From positions 5,139 to 69,138 of the forward strand of contig DATILL010000150.1 of NCBI GenBank assembly GCA_035476575.1: a stretch of DNA of 64,000 bases. The letters run 5' to 3'. Source of the DNA: Mycobacteriales bacterium. GTDB taxonomy: Bacteria > Actinomycetota > Actinomycetes > Mycobacteriales > JACQDL01. A model generated the notes under the pieces. The model did not search any database. It was not told where the DNA came from and saw nothing but the letters and a program-made list of their open reading frames with translations. Position 1 is the stretch's first letter, and each line of letters starts with the position of its first letter. Position numbers and translations under genes: made by a program. This document shows positions 40,647 through 48,922 of this stretch, piece by piece.

Positions 40647-42809
40647 ATGGACGACGCTGCCTCCGACCTCCGTGCGACCGACGGCCAGCCCGATCTGGCG
40701 GCTGGCCCGGCCCGCGGCATCCTGGCCGGCCTCGACCCAGAGCAGGCCGAGGCGGTGCGCGCGGTGCGCGGCCCGGTCTGCATCCTGGCCGGCGCCGGCA
40801 CCGGAAAGACCCGCACCATCACGCACCGGATCGCCTACGCCGTCCACACTGGCGCGGCGGCTGCGTCCCAGCTCCTCGCGGTCACCTTCACCGCCCGGGC
40901 CGCCGGGGAGATGCGCGGCCGGCTGCGCGCGCTCGGCGTCGGGGGGGTGCAGGCGCGCACGTTCCACGCCGCGGCGCTGCGGCAGCTCCGGTACTTCGCG
41001 CCCCGGGTGCTCGGCGGCCCGATGCCGGAGCTGGCCGAGCACAAGTTCCGGCTGGTGACCACGGCCGCGCTGCGCTGCCGCCTGACTGTGGACGGCACGC
41101 TCCGGCGGGACCTGTCCGGCGAGATCGAATGGGCCAAGTCCAGCCTGGTCGGGCCGGAGCAGTACGCCGAGGTGGTCACCAAGCTGGGCCGGCAGCCGCC
41201 GCTGGACGCCGCGACGGTGGCCGCGGTCTTCGCGGCGTACGAGCAGGTCAAGCAGCAGGCCGGCGTGCTGGACTTCGAGGACCTGCTGCTGGTGACCGCG
41301 GTGGCCATCGAGAACCACCGCGACGTCGCCGAGGAGGTCCGGGCGCGCTACCGGCAGTTCGTGGTGGACGAGTACCAGGACGTCAACCCGCTGCAGCAGC
41401 GGCTGCTCGACGCGTGGCTCGGCGGGCGCGAGGACCTGTGCGTGGTCGGCGACGCCAACCAGACGATCTACTCCTTCACCGGCGCCACCCCGGACTACCT
41501 GCTCGGCTTCGGCCGCCGCTACCCCGGTGCGGTGGTGGTGCGGCTGGAGCGCGACTACCGGTCCACCCCGCAGGTGGTGTCCGCGGCCAACCGGCTGATC
41601 GCGGCCACCCATGGACCGGCCGGTGGAGCCCGGCTGCGGCTGGTCGGGCAACGGCCGGACGGGCCGGAGCCGACGTTGCGCGAGTACGACGACGAGCCGG
41701 CCGAGGCCGCCGGGGTGGCCGCTGAGTGTGCCCGGCTGGTCGCGGCCGGCACCCCGGCCGCCGAGATCGCGGTGCTGTACCGGGTCAACGCGCAGTCCGA
41801 AAGCTACGAGACGGCGCTGTCCGCGGCCGGCGTGCCGTACGTGCTGCGCGGGGGCGAGCGGTTCTTCGAGCGGGCCGAGGTCCGCGAGGCCCGGGTGCTG
41901 CTGCGTGCGGCGGCCCGGTCGGCCGACCCCGAGGTTCCGCTGGTCCGGGCGGTCACCGACGTGCTGTCCGCCGCCGGCTGGTCGCCGGGGGACCCGCCGG
42001 CCGGTGGCGCCGCTCGGGAGCGGTGGGAGTCGCTGGCAGCCCTGGTCGCGCTGGCCGAGGAGGTCGCCGCCCAGCCGGCCGGTGGGGGTGACCGGCCGGG
42101 CCCGCCCGGGCTGGAGGATCTCGTGGCCGAGCTGGAGCAGCGTGCCGCGGCCCAGCACGCGCCGACCGTGCAGGGGGTCACGCTCGCCTCGCTGCACGCC
42201 GCCAAGGGGCTGGAGTGGGACGCGGTGTTCCTCGTCGGGTTGACCGAGGGCACGCTGCCGATCCAGCACGCCAGCACCGACGAGCAGGTCGAGGAGGAAC
42301 GCCGGCTGTTGTACGTCGGGATCACCCGGGCGCGGGAGCGGCTGGCGTTGTCCTGGGCGCTGGCCCGAACGCCGGGCGCGCGCCGGGGCCGGCGCAAGAG
42401 CCGGTTCCTCTACCCGCTGCTGCCGCCGGTCCTTCCGGCTGGCCGGGCCGGCGGCGGGGCCGCTGGTGGGAGTGCCGGTGCCGGTGCTGTTCGCGGTGGC
42501 AAGGCTGTCTGCGTCGAGTGCGGTGGGCCGCTGCGCAAGGGCGTCGAGCGCGCGCTGGAGCGCTGTGCCGGCTGCCCGGGCAAGGTCGACGTCGCGTTGT
42601 TCGAGCGGCTGCGTGCCTGGCGCTCGGAGCGGGCCAGCACGGCCAGCGTGCCGGCCTACGTCGTGTTCACCGACGCCACCCTGGTCGCGATCGCCGAGAC
42701 CCGGCCGGTCGACGTCGCGGGCCTGGTCCGGCTGCCCGGCATCGGGCCGCGCAAGCTCGACCTGTACGGCGCCGACGTGCTGGCGATCGTCGCGGGCCAG
42801 GCGCTGTAG
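40647..42809 (+). CDS. uvrD2: ATP-dependent DNA helicase UvrD2 type (with Cys4 module and HRDC-like tail)
   Basis: LAGAGTGKTRTITHRIAY, VVDEYQDVNP, CVECGGPL..CAGCPG, and a C-terminal VVFTDATLVAIAE..LPGIGPRKLDLYG. The start is ATG 40647 (or GTG 40644). Confidence 0.9.
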   Translation: MDDAASDLRATDGQPDLAAGPARGILAGLDPEQAEAVRAVRGPVCILAGAGTGKTRTITHRIAYAVHTGAAAASQLLAVTFTARAAGEMRGRLRALGVGGVQARTFHAAALRQLRYFAPRVLGGPMPELAEHKFRLVTTAALRCRLTVDGTLRRDLSGEIEWAKSSLVGPEQYAEVVTKLGRQPPLDAATVAAVFAAYEQVKQQAGVLDFEDLLLVTAVAIENHRDVAEEVRARYRQFVVDEYQDVNPLQQRLLDAWLGGREDLCVVGDANQTIYSFTGATPDYLLGFGRRYPGAVVVRLERDYRSTPQVVSAANRLIAATHGPAGGARLRLVGQRPDGPEPTLREYDDEPAEAAGVAAECARLVAAGTPAAEIAVLYRVNAQSESYETALSAAGVPYVLRGGERFFERAEVREARVLLRAAARSADPEVPLVRAVTDVLSAAGWSPGDPPAGGAARERWESLAALVALAEEVAAQPAGGGDRPGPPGLEDLVAELEQRAAAQHAPTVQGVTLASLHAAKGLEWDAVFLVGLTEGTLPIQHASTDEQVEEERRLLYVGITRARERLALSWALARTPGARRGRRKSRFLYPLLPPVLPAGRAGGGAAGGSAGAGAVRGGKAVCVECGGPLRKGVERALERCAGCPGKVDVALFERLRAWRSERASTASVPAYVVFTDATLVAIAETRPVDVAGLVRLPGIGPRKLDLYGADVLAIVAGQAL

Positions 42810-42927
42810 CCTCGGGATGGCAGGCCGGGATGGCGGGCCGGGCGCCGCGGGAACGACCCGTCCGGCGCCAGCTCACTGGCGTCGATCCGGCCCGGATGCC
42901 CCAAGGGGAAAGATTCCCGCTGATTGC

Positions 42928-42967
42928 GCAAAAATGTTTGCCCCCACTCCGGCAGACGGCCTAGTCT
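42928..42967 (+). promoter_or_regulatory. putative whiB7 promoter: AT-rich patch + -35 TTGCCC, 18-nt spacer, -10 TAGTCT
   Basis: GCAAAAATGTTTGCCC (42928-42943) and TAGTCT (42962-42967). The only A/T-rich patch in the uvrD2-whiB7 gap. Fits the AT-hook autoregulation model. Confidence 0.45.
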
Positions 42968-43029
42968 CCGAAATGCCACCCGGCGTGACGTGCGTCGGCA
43001 GGACCGTCAGAGAGAAGGAGGTGCCCCAG

Positions 43030-43320
43030 ATGATCACTAAGGAGCTGAACGTCGTGCCATCCACGGGTGCCGCCGATCTGGCGATCTCGCTGCCCGCGGA
43101 TTTTGAGCGCGACGGGATGCGTCTGTCCGGAGCCGGGTTCCCCGCGTGCGCCGGTGGCCTTATGGCCGCCGTCCTCCGCGGAAGGCACGGCACCGCGGCG
43201 GGCAGCGACTGGGCCACGGCCGTGATCGCTGGCACGCGCATCCAGGTCGCCGTTCGGCGCCGCGTCCAGGCCGACGACGCCTACGTCCCGGGTACTCCGC
43301 CTCGAGGTGCACCAGTCTGA
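43030..43320 (+). CDS. whiB7 leader uORF (96 codons)
   Basis: AAGGAGGTG 6 nt upstream of ATG 43030. The stop at 43318-43320 is 22 nt before the terminator hairpin. The 3' end is rich in codons unusual for this genome (ggt act ccg cct cga ggt gca cca gtc). Confidence 0.55.
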   Translation: MITKELNVVPSTGAADLAISLPADFERDGMRLSGAGFPACAGGLMAAVLRGRHGTAAGSDWATAVIAGTRIQVAVRRRVQADDAYVPGTPPRGAPV

Positions 43321-43342
43321 CCATTTTCAGACCGGCTCACCT

Positions 43343-43388
43343 TGAGGCCGCGGAACCCGTACCCGGGTTCCGCGGCCTCAGTGTTTTA
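43343..43388 (+). terminator. intrinsic terminator/attenuator in the whiB7 leader
   Basis: Perfect 17-bp stem TGAGGCCGCGGAACCCG / CGGGTTCCGCGGCCTCA, loop TAC, followed by GTGTTTTA. Confidence 0.7.
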
Positions 43389-43438
43389 CCCGATCTGTCT
43401 ACCACGACTAGCCGACGAAACACCCGGAGGTGAACACG

Positions 43439-43750
43439 GTGACCCTCGCACCCGAGGTGACCGATTGCTCCTTCGAGGTCACGACCCTCGACTTCGTCGA
43501 GGCGGAGACCCGAGGCTGGGCCCTGCCCTGCCGGGTTTACGACCCCGAACTGTGGTTCGCGGAGCGCCCCGCGGACCTGGAGCTGGCAAAAAGCTACTGC
43601 CTGGACTGCCCAGTGCGGGCGGCGTGCCTCGCTGGCGCGCTGTCCCGGCGCGAGCCCTGGGGCGTCTGGGGCGGCGAGATCTTCGAGCGTGGCGTCGTGA
43701 TCCCGCGCAAGCGGCCTCGCGGCCGGCCACGCAAGGAGGTAGCCGCATGA
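43439..43750 (+). CDS. whiB7: WhiB7-type transcriptional regulator (WhiB-like Fe-S protein with AT-hook)
   Basis: 103 aa from GTG 43439 (GGAGG 8 nt upstream): LPCRVYDPELWF..AKSYCLDCPVRAACL..EPWGVWGGE..RKRPRGRPRK. Confidence 0.9.
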   Translation: MTLAPEVTDCSFEVTTLDFVEAETRGWALPCRVYDPELWFAERPADLELAKSYCLDCPVRAACLAGALSRREPWGVWGGEIFERGVVIPRKRPRGRPRKEVAA

Positions 43751-43995
43751 ACGACCTTGCCGCACCCACCGCCGCACCCACCGTAGGAAGCCAGCCGATG
43801 AACGACCGCACCGTCAGGAGCACTCCGATGTATCAGATCATGTACGAAGAGCTCGCCCGGTCTCGAATGTCCGAAGCGCAGGAGGAGGCGGAGACTTATC
43901 GCCGCAGCCGGCGTCTCATCGCGGCCCGGCGCTGGCAGCGCAAGGCCGCGCAGGCCGCGCGGCGCGCTCGTCAGGCGCAGAACGCGATCTGGTAA
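43747..43995 (+). CDS. small Arg/Ala-rich hypothetical protein translationally coupled to whiB7
   Basis: ATG 43747 overlaps the whiB7 TGA (ATGA). 82 aa: ..MYQIMYEELARSRMSEAQEEAETYRRSRRLIAARRWQRKAAQAARRARQAQNAIW. Confidence 0.5.
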   Translation: MNDLAAPTAAPTVGSQPMNDRTVRSTPMYQIMYEELARSRMSEAQEEAETYRRSRRLIAARRWQRKAAQAARRARQAQNAIW

Positions 43996-44035
43996 CACCC
44001 GCTGAGTCCAGTTCATGGTCTCGGCTTGAACATCC

Positions 44036-44075
44036 GGCCGCCGCCCCGGCGCGTTACTGCGCCGGGGCGGCGGCC
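44036..44075. terminator. GC-rich perfect hairpin in convergent gap
   Basis: GGCCGCCGCCCCGGCGC-GTTACT-GCGCCGGGGCGGCGGCC (17-bp stem), between the whiB7 operon (+) and the ABC1 kinase gene (-). Confidence 0.5.
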
Positions 44076-44131
44076 GTCCCACCCCGTCCCAGCGGTTAGG
44101 GCGCCCGGGTGGTGAGTGCACTGGTCGCGGG

Positions 44132-45442
44132 TCAGTCCGCGAACCCCGGCTGCCAGCGCTCGACGATCGCCCGGTACGGCGCCTCGGCGTTCAACTGGCA
44201 GAGCACGCCGATCGAGCCGATCGTGACCCGGGGGATCAGCAGGTACGACGGCGGCAGGGTGAGCTGCCGCCCGACCTGGCCGGTCTCCGAGCGCAGGTCG
44301 GTGACCCGGGACGCCTCCCGACGCATCCACTCCCGGCTGAACCGGAACCGCGCCACGCGCAACGGGTCCAGCATCGGCCGGAAGTAGTCGAGCACGCGCT
44401 CGGCGTCGAGGTTGATCGTGGGCCGGACGAACCCCTCCCGGCGCAGCCCGGCCAGCGCCGCGTCCGCGTCGCCGTCCAGCGCCAGCCGGGTGATCCGGCC
44501 GATCGGCGCCGGCAGGCCGTCCGGCAGCCGGGCCACGGCACCGAAGTCGATCACGCCGAGCCGGCCGTCCGGCAGCAGCCGGAAGTTGCCCGGATGCGGG
44601 TCGGCGTGCAGCAGCCCGGCCCGGGCAGGGGCGGAGAAGTGCAACGTGGACAGCAGGTAGCCAGCCCGGTCGCGCTGCTCCGGCGTGCCCTCGGCGATGA
44701 TCGACGACATCGCCGTACCGTCGATCCACTCGGTGACCAGCACCTTCGGTGCGCTCGCGACCACCCGTGGCGCGATGATCTCCGCATCGTCGGCGTACGC
44801 CGCGCTGAAGGCCCGCTGCGCGTCGGCCTCCAGCCGGTAGTCGAGCTCCTCGATCACCCGCGACCTCAGCTCGGCGAGCAGCGGCTTGACATCCAGGCCC
44901 GGGCTGAGCACCGCGAACATTCGCGCGAACCGGGCCAACTGGCTCAGGTCGGCGAGCAGCGCCGGACCCGCGCCCGGGTACTGCACCTTGACCGCGACCC
45001 GCCGGCCGTCGTGCCAGGTCGCCTGGTGCACCTGCCCGATGCTGGCCGCGGCCGCGGGCTTGTCGGCGAACTCCGCGAACCGCCGACGCCACGCCGTGCC
45101 CAACTGCTCGTCCAGCACCTGGTGCACCGTCCGCGCCGGCAGCGGCGGTGCGGCCTCCTGCAGCTTGGTGAGCGCCTCCCGGTAGGGAGCCGCCACATCC
45201 TCCGGGAGCGCGGCCTCGAACACGCTCAGCGCCTGGCCGAACTTCATCGCGCCGCCTTTGAGCTGCCCGAGCACGGCGAAGAGCTGGTCGGCGGTCCGTT
45301 GCTGCAGCTCGAGCTGGACGGCCTCGGCGGACTGGCCAGCCAGCCGCTTGCCGAAGCCGACCGTGGCCCTCCCGGCGACCCCCAACGGCAGCGAGGCGAG
45401 CTTCGCCGTCCGGGTCATGGCGCGGCGCGGAATATCGGACAC
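44132..45442 (-). CDS. ABC1/UbiB-family atypical kinase
   Basis: 436 aa: GGAMKFGQALS..PAAAASIGQVHQATWHDGRRVAVKVQYPG..HADPHPGNFRLLPDGRLGVIDFG. Confidence 0.85.
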   Translation of the reverse strand: MSDIPRRAMTRTAKLASLPLGVAGRATVGFGKRLAGQSAEAVQLELQQRTADQLFAVLGQLKGGAMKFGQALSVFEAALPEDVAAPYREALTKLQEAAPPLPARTVHQVLDEQLGTAWRRRFAEFADKPAAAASIGQVHQATWHDGRRVAVKVQYPGAGPALLADLSQLARFARMFAVLSPGLDVKPLLAELRSRVIEELDYRLEADAQRAFSAAYADDAEIIAPRVVASAPKVLVTEWIDGTAMSSIIAEGTPEQRDRAGYLLSTLHFSAPARAGLLHADPHPGNFRLLPDGRLGVIDFGAVARLPDGLPAPIGRITRLALDGDADAALAGLRREGFVRPTINLDAERVLDYFRPMLDPLRVARFRFSREWMRREASRVTDLRSETGQVGRQLTLPPSYLLIPRVTIGSIGVLCQLNAEAPYRAIVERWQPGFAD

Positions 45443-45511
45443 TGCGCCATTGTCCCTCGCCCAGCCCGGTCCGCACAGCTCGCTGCCCGGTTGGGCGACC
45501 TACGTGCCCAC

Positions 45512-46648
45512 TCATCCGGCCCGCCGGTCGGTGCCGGGCAGGCCCGCGCCCGTTCGGCCAGCCTGCCCGCCCGGGCGCTGGCGAGCGGCGTTGGGCCGGC
45601 CGGCGCCACAGTCGCAGTGCGGGTGGGCTGGCCAGGTGCGCCGCCGGACCCGCCAGTCGGGCAGCCGTAGCTCCAGCGTGCCGTGCAACGTGGCCGGCTC
45701 GCCGCCGTCCAGCAGGGTCAGCGCCTGGAGGACGGCCAGCGACGCGGCGAAGATCGCCAGCGTCACGTCACACGGCTCGGTCTGCCGGCGCCGCCGGATG
45801 GAGAGCTGGGCGGCCAGCACCGGCCAGGCCGGGTCGCGGTCGCGGCGCTGCAGGTCCGCACAGGTCAGGCAGCTCGACAGGCCGGGCAGCACGAGCGGCC
45901 CGACCACAGCCGTCGACTCCCGGATCGACACCGGCAGGTGCGGCGCGCCGATCCGGTGCAGCCCGGCCCGGACCTGGGGCTCGACCGGGTCCATCCCGGT
46001 CAGCACCACCAGGTCGGGCACCTCGCGCGGCCGGATCGGCCCCACCTCGGTCTCCGGCGCGGCCCGGCGGACCGCGGCCATCGCCGCGGCCAGCCGGGGC
46101 GTGAAGGCGTCGGACGGCGCCAGCCCGCCCGGCGCGGCGTCGCACGGCCGGGCCATCTCCCGGTCGATCACCCGGACCCGTCCGACCCCGGCGGCACCGA
46201 GCAACGTCGCCACCGGCGCACCGAGCCGCCCGGCGCCGTGCACCGCCACGGTTGCGTCCCGGCGCCGCAGCAGCGTGCTGATCGGCGCGCGGGCCGGGCT
46301 GGCCAGGGACAGCCCGGCCCGGTCCGGCTCCAGCCGCTCGGCGGTGTCCGGCCGGCCCAGCGCGGTCAGCCCGACCGGCTCGCCGTCCACCACCAGGCCG
46401 CACTGCCGCAGCCCGCGGACCAGCCTGGTGACCGTCTCCCGGTCAGCCCCGATCGCGGCGGCGTCGGCCAGCACCTCCGCCTCCGACCGGCTGCCGTCCA
46501 GCCCGACCAGCACCCGGGCGGTGGTCTGGTCGATGCCGTCGACGACGATCCCGCGGGCCGCGTCGAGGCCGAGCTGGAGCGTCCGCTGGTCCCGCCAGAG
46601 CGGACGCAGGCCGGTGAGCAGTTGCGGACACGGTTCGGACACGGGCAC
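45512..46648 (-). CDS. ThiF/E1-like family protein (function unknown)
   Basis: 378 aa: VAVHGAGRLGAPVATLLGAAGVGRVRVID, a Rossmann-like segment, and a CxxC pair (SSCLTCAD). Weak family call. Confidence 0.55.
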   Translation of the reverse strand: MPVSEPCPQLLTGLRPLWRDQRTLQLGLDAARGIVVDGIDQTTARVLVGLDGSRSEAEVLADAAAIGADRETVTRLVRGLRQCGLVVDGEPVGLTALGRPDTAERLEPDRAGLSLASPARAPISTLLRRRDATVAVHGAGRLGAPVATLLGAAGVGRVRVIDREMARPCDAAPGGLAPSDAFTPRLAAAMAAVRRAAPETEVGPIRPREVPDLVVLTGMDPVEPQVRAGLHRIGAPHLPVSIRESTAVVGPLVLPGLSSCLTCADLQRRDRDPAWPVLAAQLSIRRRRQTEPCDVTLAIFAASLAVLQALTLLDGGEPATLHGTLELRLPDWRVRRRTWPAHPHCDCGAGRPNAARQRPGGQAGRTGAGLPGTDRRAG

Positions 46649-46713
46649 CTCGCCTTGCCGTACGGAATGTGGTTGCCGGCAGCCTGGCAGGTTGAGCCGA
46701 CTGGCCGCTGCCG

Positions 46714-46741
46714 TTGTCCACAGGCTGGCGGGTTGTCCACA
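46714..46741 (+). promoter_or_regulatory. two perfect actinobacterial DnaA-box 9-mers (TTGTCCACA) in direct orientation
   Basis: TTGTCCACAGGC at 46714 and 46733, 66-93 nt upstream of the ThiF-like start (46648). Confidence 0.45.
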
Positions 46742-46797
46742 GGCGATGAGCGCGCCTTGCCTTCGCGGGGTTGGATCCGCTATCCGGCAGGCATGCC

Positions 46798-46832
46798 CAA
46801 GGGCGGCCCCGACCCTCTCGGGACCGCCCTTG
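46798..46832 (-). terminator. hairpin downstream of the DUF5679 gene
   Basis: CAAGGGCGGCCCCGA-CCCTC-TCGGGACCGCCCTTG, a 15-bp stem with one mismatch. Confidence 0.4.
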
Positions 46833-46866
46833 CGCGGTCGTGCGTGCGGCGGACCTCAGGCGACGT

Positions 46867-47019
46867 TCAAGCCTTGCCGAGGATCCTGTTCATCTTGGTG
46901 CCACACACCGGACACGAGCCCTTGGCCATGCGGCGCCCGGAGTCGCTGGTGAAGACCTCGCCCTCGAAGTCGCGCTTCTCCTTGCACTTCACGCAGTAGC
47001 CGTTGTAGGTCTCGGCCAC
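46867..47019 (-). CDS. DUF5679-type small zinc-ribbon protein
   Basis: 50 aa from GTG 47019 (AGGAGG upstream): VAETYNGYCVKCKEKRDFEGEVFTSDSGRRMAKGSCPVCGTKMNRILGKA. Confidence 0.75.
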   Translation of the reverse strand: MAETYNGYCVKCKEKRDFEGEVFTSDSGRRMAKGSCPVCGTKMNRILGKA

Positions 47020-47205
47020 GTCGCCTCCTAGCTTCTTCCATCGTGTCCCGCGCCGCGTTCCGGCAGCCGGGACGGTCCGGCACACGGTACTCGCCCGTTC
47101 CAGGCGGGCCTGCGTAACCCGGCGCGGACGCACCCAGGCCTACCAGGGCGTGCTCAGGGCGGGACCGGCCCGCTCGATGTCGGGATCGGCGGTAGCCTCC
47201 GCGAC

Positions 47206-47991
47206 ATGCGGCCGCTGCTGATCGACCGGCATGACGACGGCGTTGTCGTGCTCACCCTTAACCTGCCGGACCGGCGCAACGCGATGACCGCGGACCTCAC
47301 CGCGGCCTGGGCCGAGACTGTGCCGGCGCTGGCGGCCGACCGCTCGGTCCGCTGCGTGCTGCTCACCGCGGCGGGTACGGCGTTCTGCGCCGGCGGCGAC
47401 CTGTCCTGGCTGGAGCGGGGGGACACCCGGTCCGTCGACGACCTGCGCGCCCGGATGCTGCCCTTCTACCGCACCTGGCTGGCCATTCGGGAGGTGGAGG
47501 CGCCGACCATCGCGGTCGTCCAGGGGCCCGCGGTGGGCGCCGGGCTGGCCCTCGCGCTCGCCTGCGACCTGCGCTACGCCGCGCCGGACGCCGCGCTGTC
47601 GATGCCGTTCACCGCGCTCGGCATCCACCCGGGCATGGCGAGCACCTGGCTGCTGCCTGAGGTGGCGGGGTTGCCGGTGGCCCGCGAGCTGCTGCTGACC
47701 GGGCGGGTGGTCACCGGTGCCGAGGCGGTCGGCCTGGGCCTGGTCAACCGGGTCTTCCCGGCCGGCACGCTGGCCGCCGAGGCGCTGGCGATCGCCCGCC
47801 AGGTCGCGTCCCGGGCGCCGGTGCCGACCCGGCTGACCAAGGTGGCGCTGGCCGGCGGTGGACCCGCGACGTTCGAGGCGGCGCTGGCGTGGGAGGCGGT
47901 CGCCCAGCCGGTGACGCTGGCCGGTGCGGACCTGGCCGAGGGGCTGCGGGCGGCCCGCGAACGCCGGCCGCCGCGGTTCACTGGCCGCTGA
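47206..47991 (+). CDS. enoyl-CoA hydratase/isomerase family protein
   Basis: 261 aa: VVVLTLNLPDRRNAMT..AFCAGGDLS..AVVQGPAVGAGLALALACDLRYA. Confidence 0.85.
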   Translation: MRPLLIDRHDDGVVVLTLNLPDRRNAMTADLTAAWAETVPALAADRSVRCVLLTAAGTAFCAGGDLSWLERGDTRSVDDLRARMLPFYRTWLAIREVEAPTIAVVQGPAVGAGLALALACDLRYAAPDAALSMPFTALGIHPGMASTWLLPEVAGLPVARELLLTGRVVTGAEAVGLGLVNRVFPAGTLAAEALAIARQVASRAPVPTRLTKVALAGGGPATFEAALAWEAVAQPVTLAGADLAEGLRAARERRPPRFTGR

Positions 47992-48179
47992 CCGGGCAGC
48001 ACGCCGTCCTGGTGAGAACCGTGGCGAGCTGGGTTCAGAACCCTATGGAGCCCGGACGCACGTAGCCCCCGAACCATTGGGCACGCCGCCCGCCTTCCCC
48101 TAACGAACGGTGCGCCCGCAGCTTCGGGGGCTGCGTCGCCTCAGACGGTATGGCGACCGGCAGGCCGGGTCAACGTTGG

Positions 48180-48333
48180 TTGCCCACAGGCTGTGGATAA
48201 CCCTGTGGACCAGGGTGTTGACGAGCCGGTGTGTCGCTGTGGACAGCCCAGAGACGGCCTGTGGACGCCCAGTGTTCACCGTAGTAGTCCACCCGGGTGA
48301 CGTGCGCGAATGTTGTGCACCGGGTGTGGACAG
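48180..48333. promoter_or_regulatory. cluster of DnaA-box-like 9-mers in a non-coding, AT-richer gap
   Basis: TTGCCCACA 48180(+). Reverse-orientation boxes: TGTGGATAA 48192, TGTGGACCA 48204, TGTGGACAG 48238, TGTGGACGC 48260, TGTGGACAG 48325. A weaker TAGTCCACC at 48285(+). Confidence 0.5.
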
Positions 48334-48367
48334 AAAAAATTGGCGGATTCTCGGCTAGCGTGCCCTC

Positions 48368-48922
48368 GTGGGCATCATGCCTCCGGACGACCCGGTCGAG
48401 GTTCGTCGCAGCTCGCGGCGGCGCCGGACCGTGTCAGCGTATCGGGACGGTGACCGTGTTGTCGTGCTTATCCCGGCCCGGTTCAGCAAGGCCGAGGAGC
48501 GTCGCTGGGTCGCCGAGATGGTGGCCCGGCTCAAGGCCAGGGACGCCCGGCGCAGCAACGGCCCGCGGGCCAGCGACATCGCCCTGCTCGGCCGGGCGCG
48601 CCAGCTCTCTGGGCAGTACCTCGGCGGCCGGGCGGATCCTGACAGCGTCCGCTGGGTCGGCAACATGAGCACCCGGTGGGGGTCGTGTACGCCGATGGAC
48701 CGCACCATCCGGGTGTCCAGCCGGCTGCGCGACATGCCGGGCTGGGTGCTCGACTACGTGCTGGTGCACGAGCTCGCGCACCTGCAGGTGCCCGGCCACG
48801 GCCCGGACTTCTGGGAGCTGGTCGGGCGCTATCCGCGCACCGAGCGGGCCCGTGGCTACCTGGAGGGGGTGGCTGCCGCCGCCCAGCTTGACCTCACCGA
48901 GGACGACGTGATCGAGGCGTGA
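48368..48922 (+). CDS. DUF45/YgjP-like metal-dependent hydrolase (HExxH)
   Basis: 184 aa: ..RWGSCTPMDRTIRVSSRL..VLDYVLVHELAHLQVPGHGPDFW. Confidence 0.8.
   Translation: MGIMPPDDPVEVRRSSRRRRTVSAYRDGDRVVVLIPARFSKAEERRWVAEMVARLKARDARRSNGPRASDIALLGRARQLSGQYLGGRADPDSVRWVGNMSTRWGSCTPMDRTIRVSSRLRDMPGWVLDYVLVHELAHLQVPGHGPDFWELVGRYPRTERARGYLEGVAAAAQLDLTEDDVIEA

Noticed and set aside
48064-48132. Long-range inverted repeat AGCCCCCGAA (48064) ... TTCGGGGGCT (48123), as a possible structured RNA downstream of the enoyl-CoA hydratase gene.
   Set aside because: There is a single 10-bp pairing over a 49-nt loop, with no further covariation-like structure I can see and no match to a riboswitch or sRNA I know.
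48180-48333. Considered that the DnaA-box cluster is the chromosomal origin oriC.
   Set aside because: The flanking genes are an enoyl-CoA hydratase and a DUF45 hydrolase, not dnaA/dnaN. The gap is short and lacks an obvious AT-rich unwinding element beyond one A6 run. It is kept as a secondary DnaA-box cluster instead.
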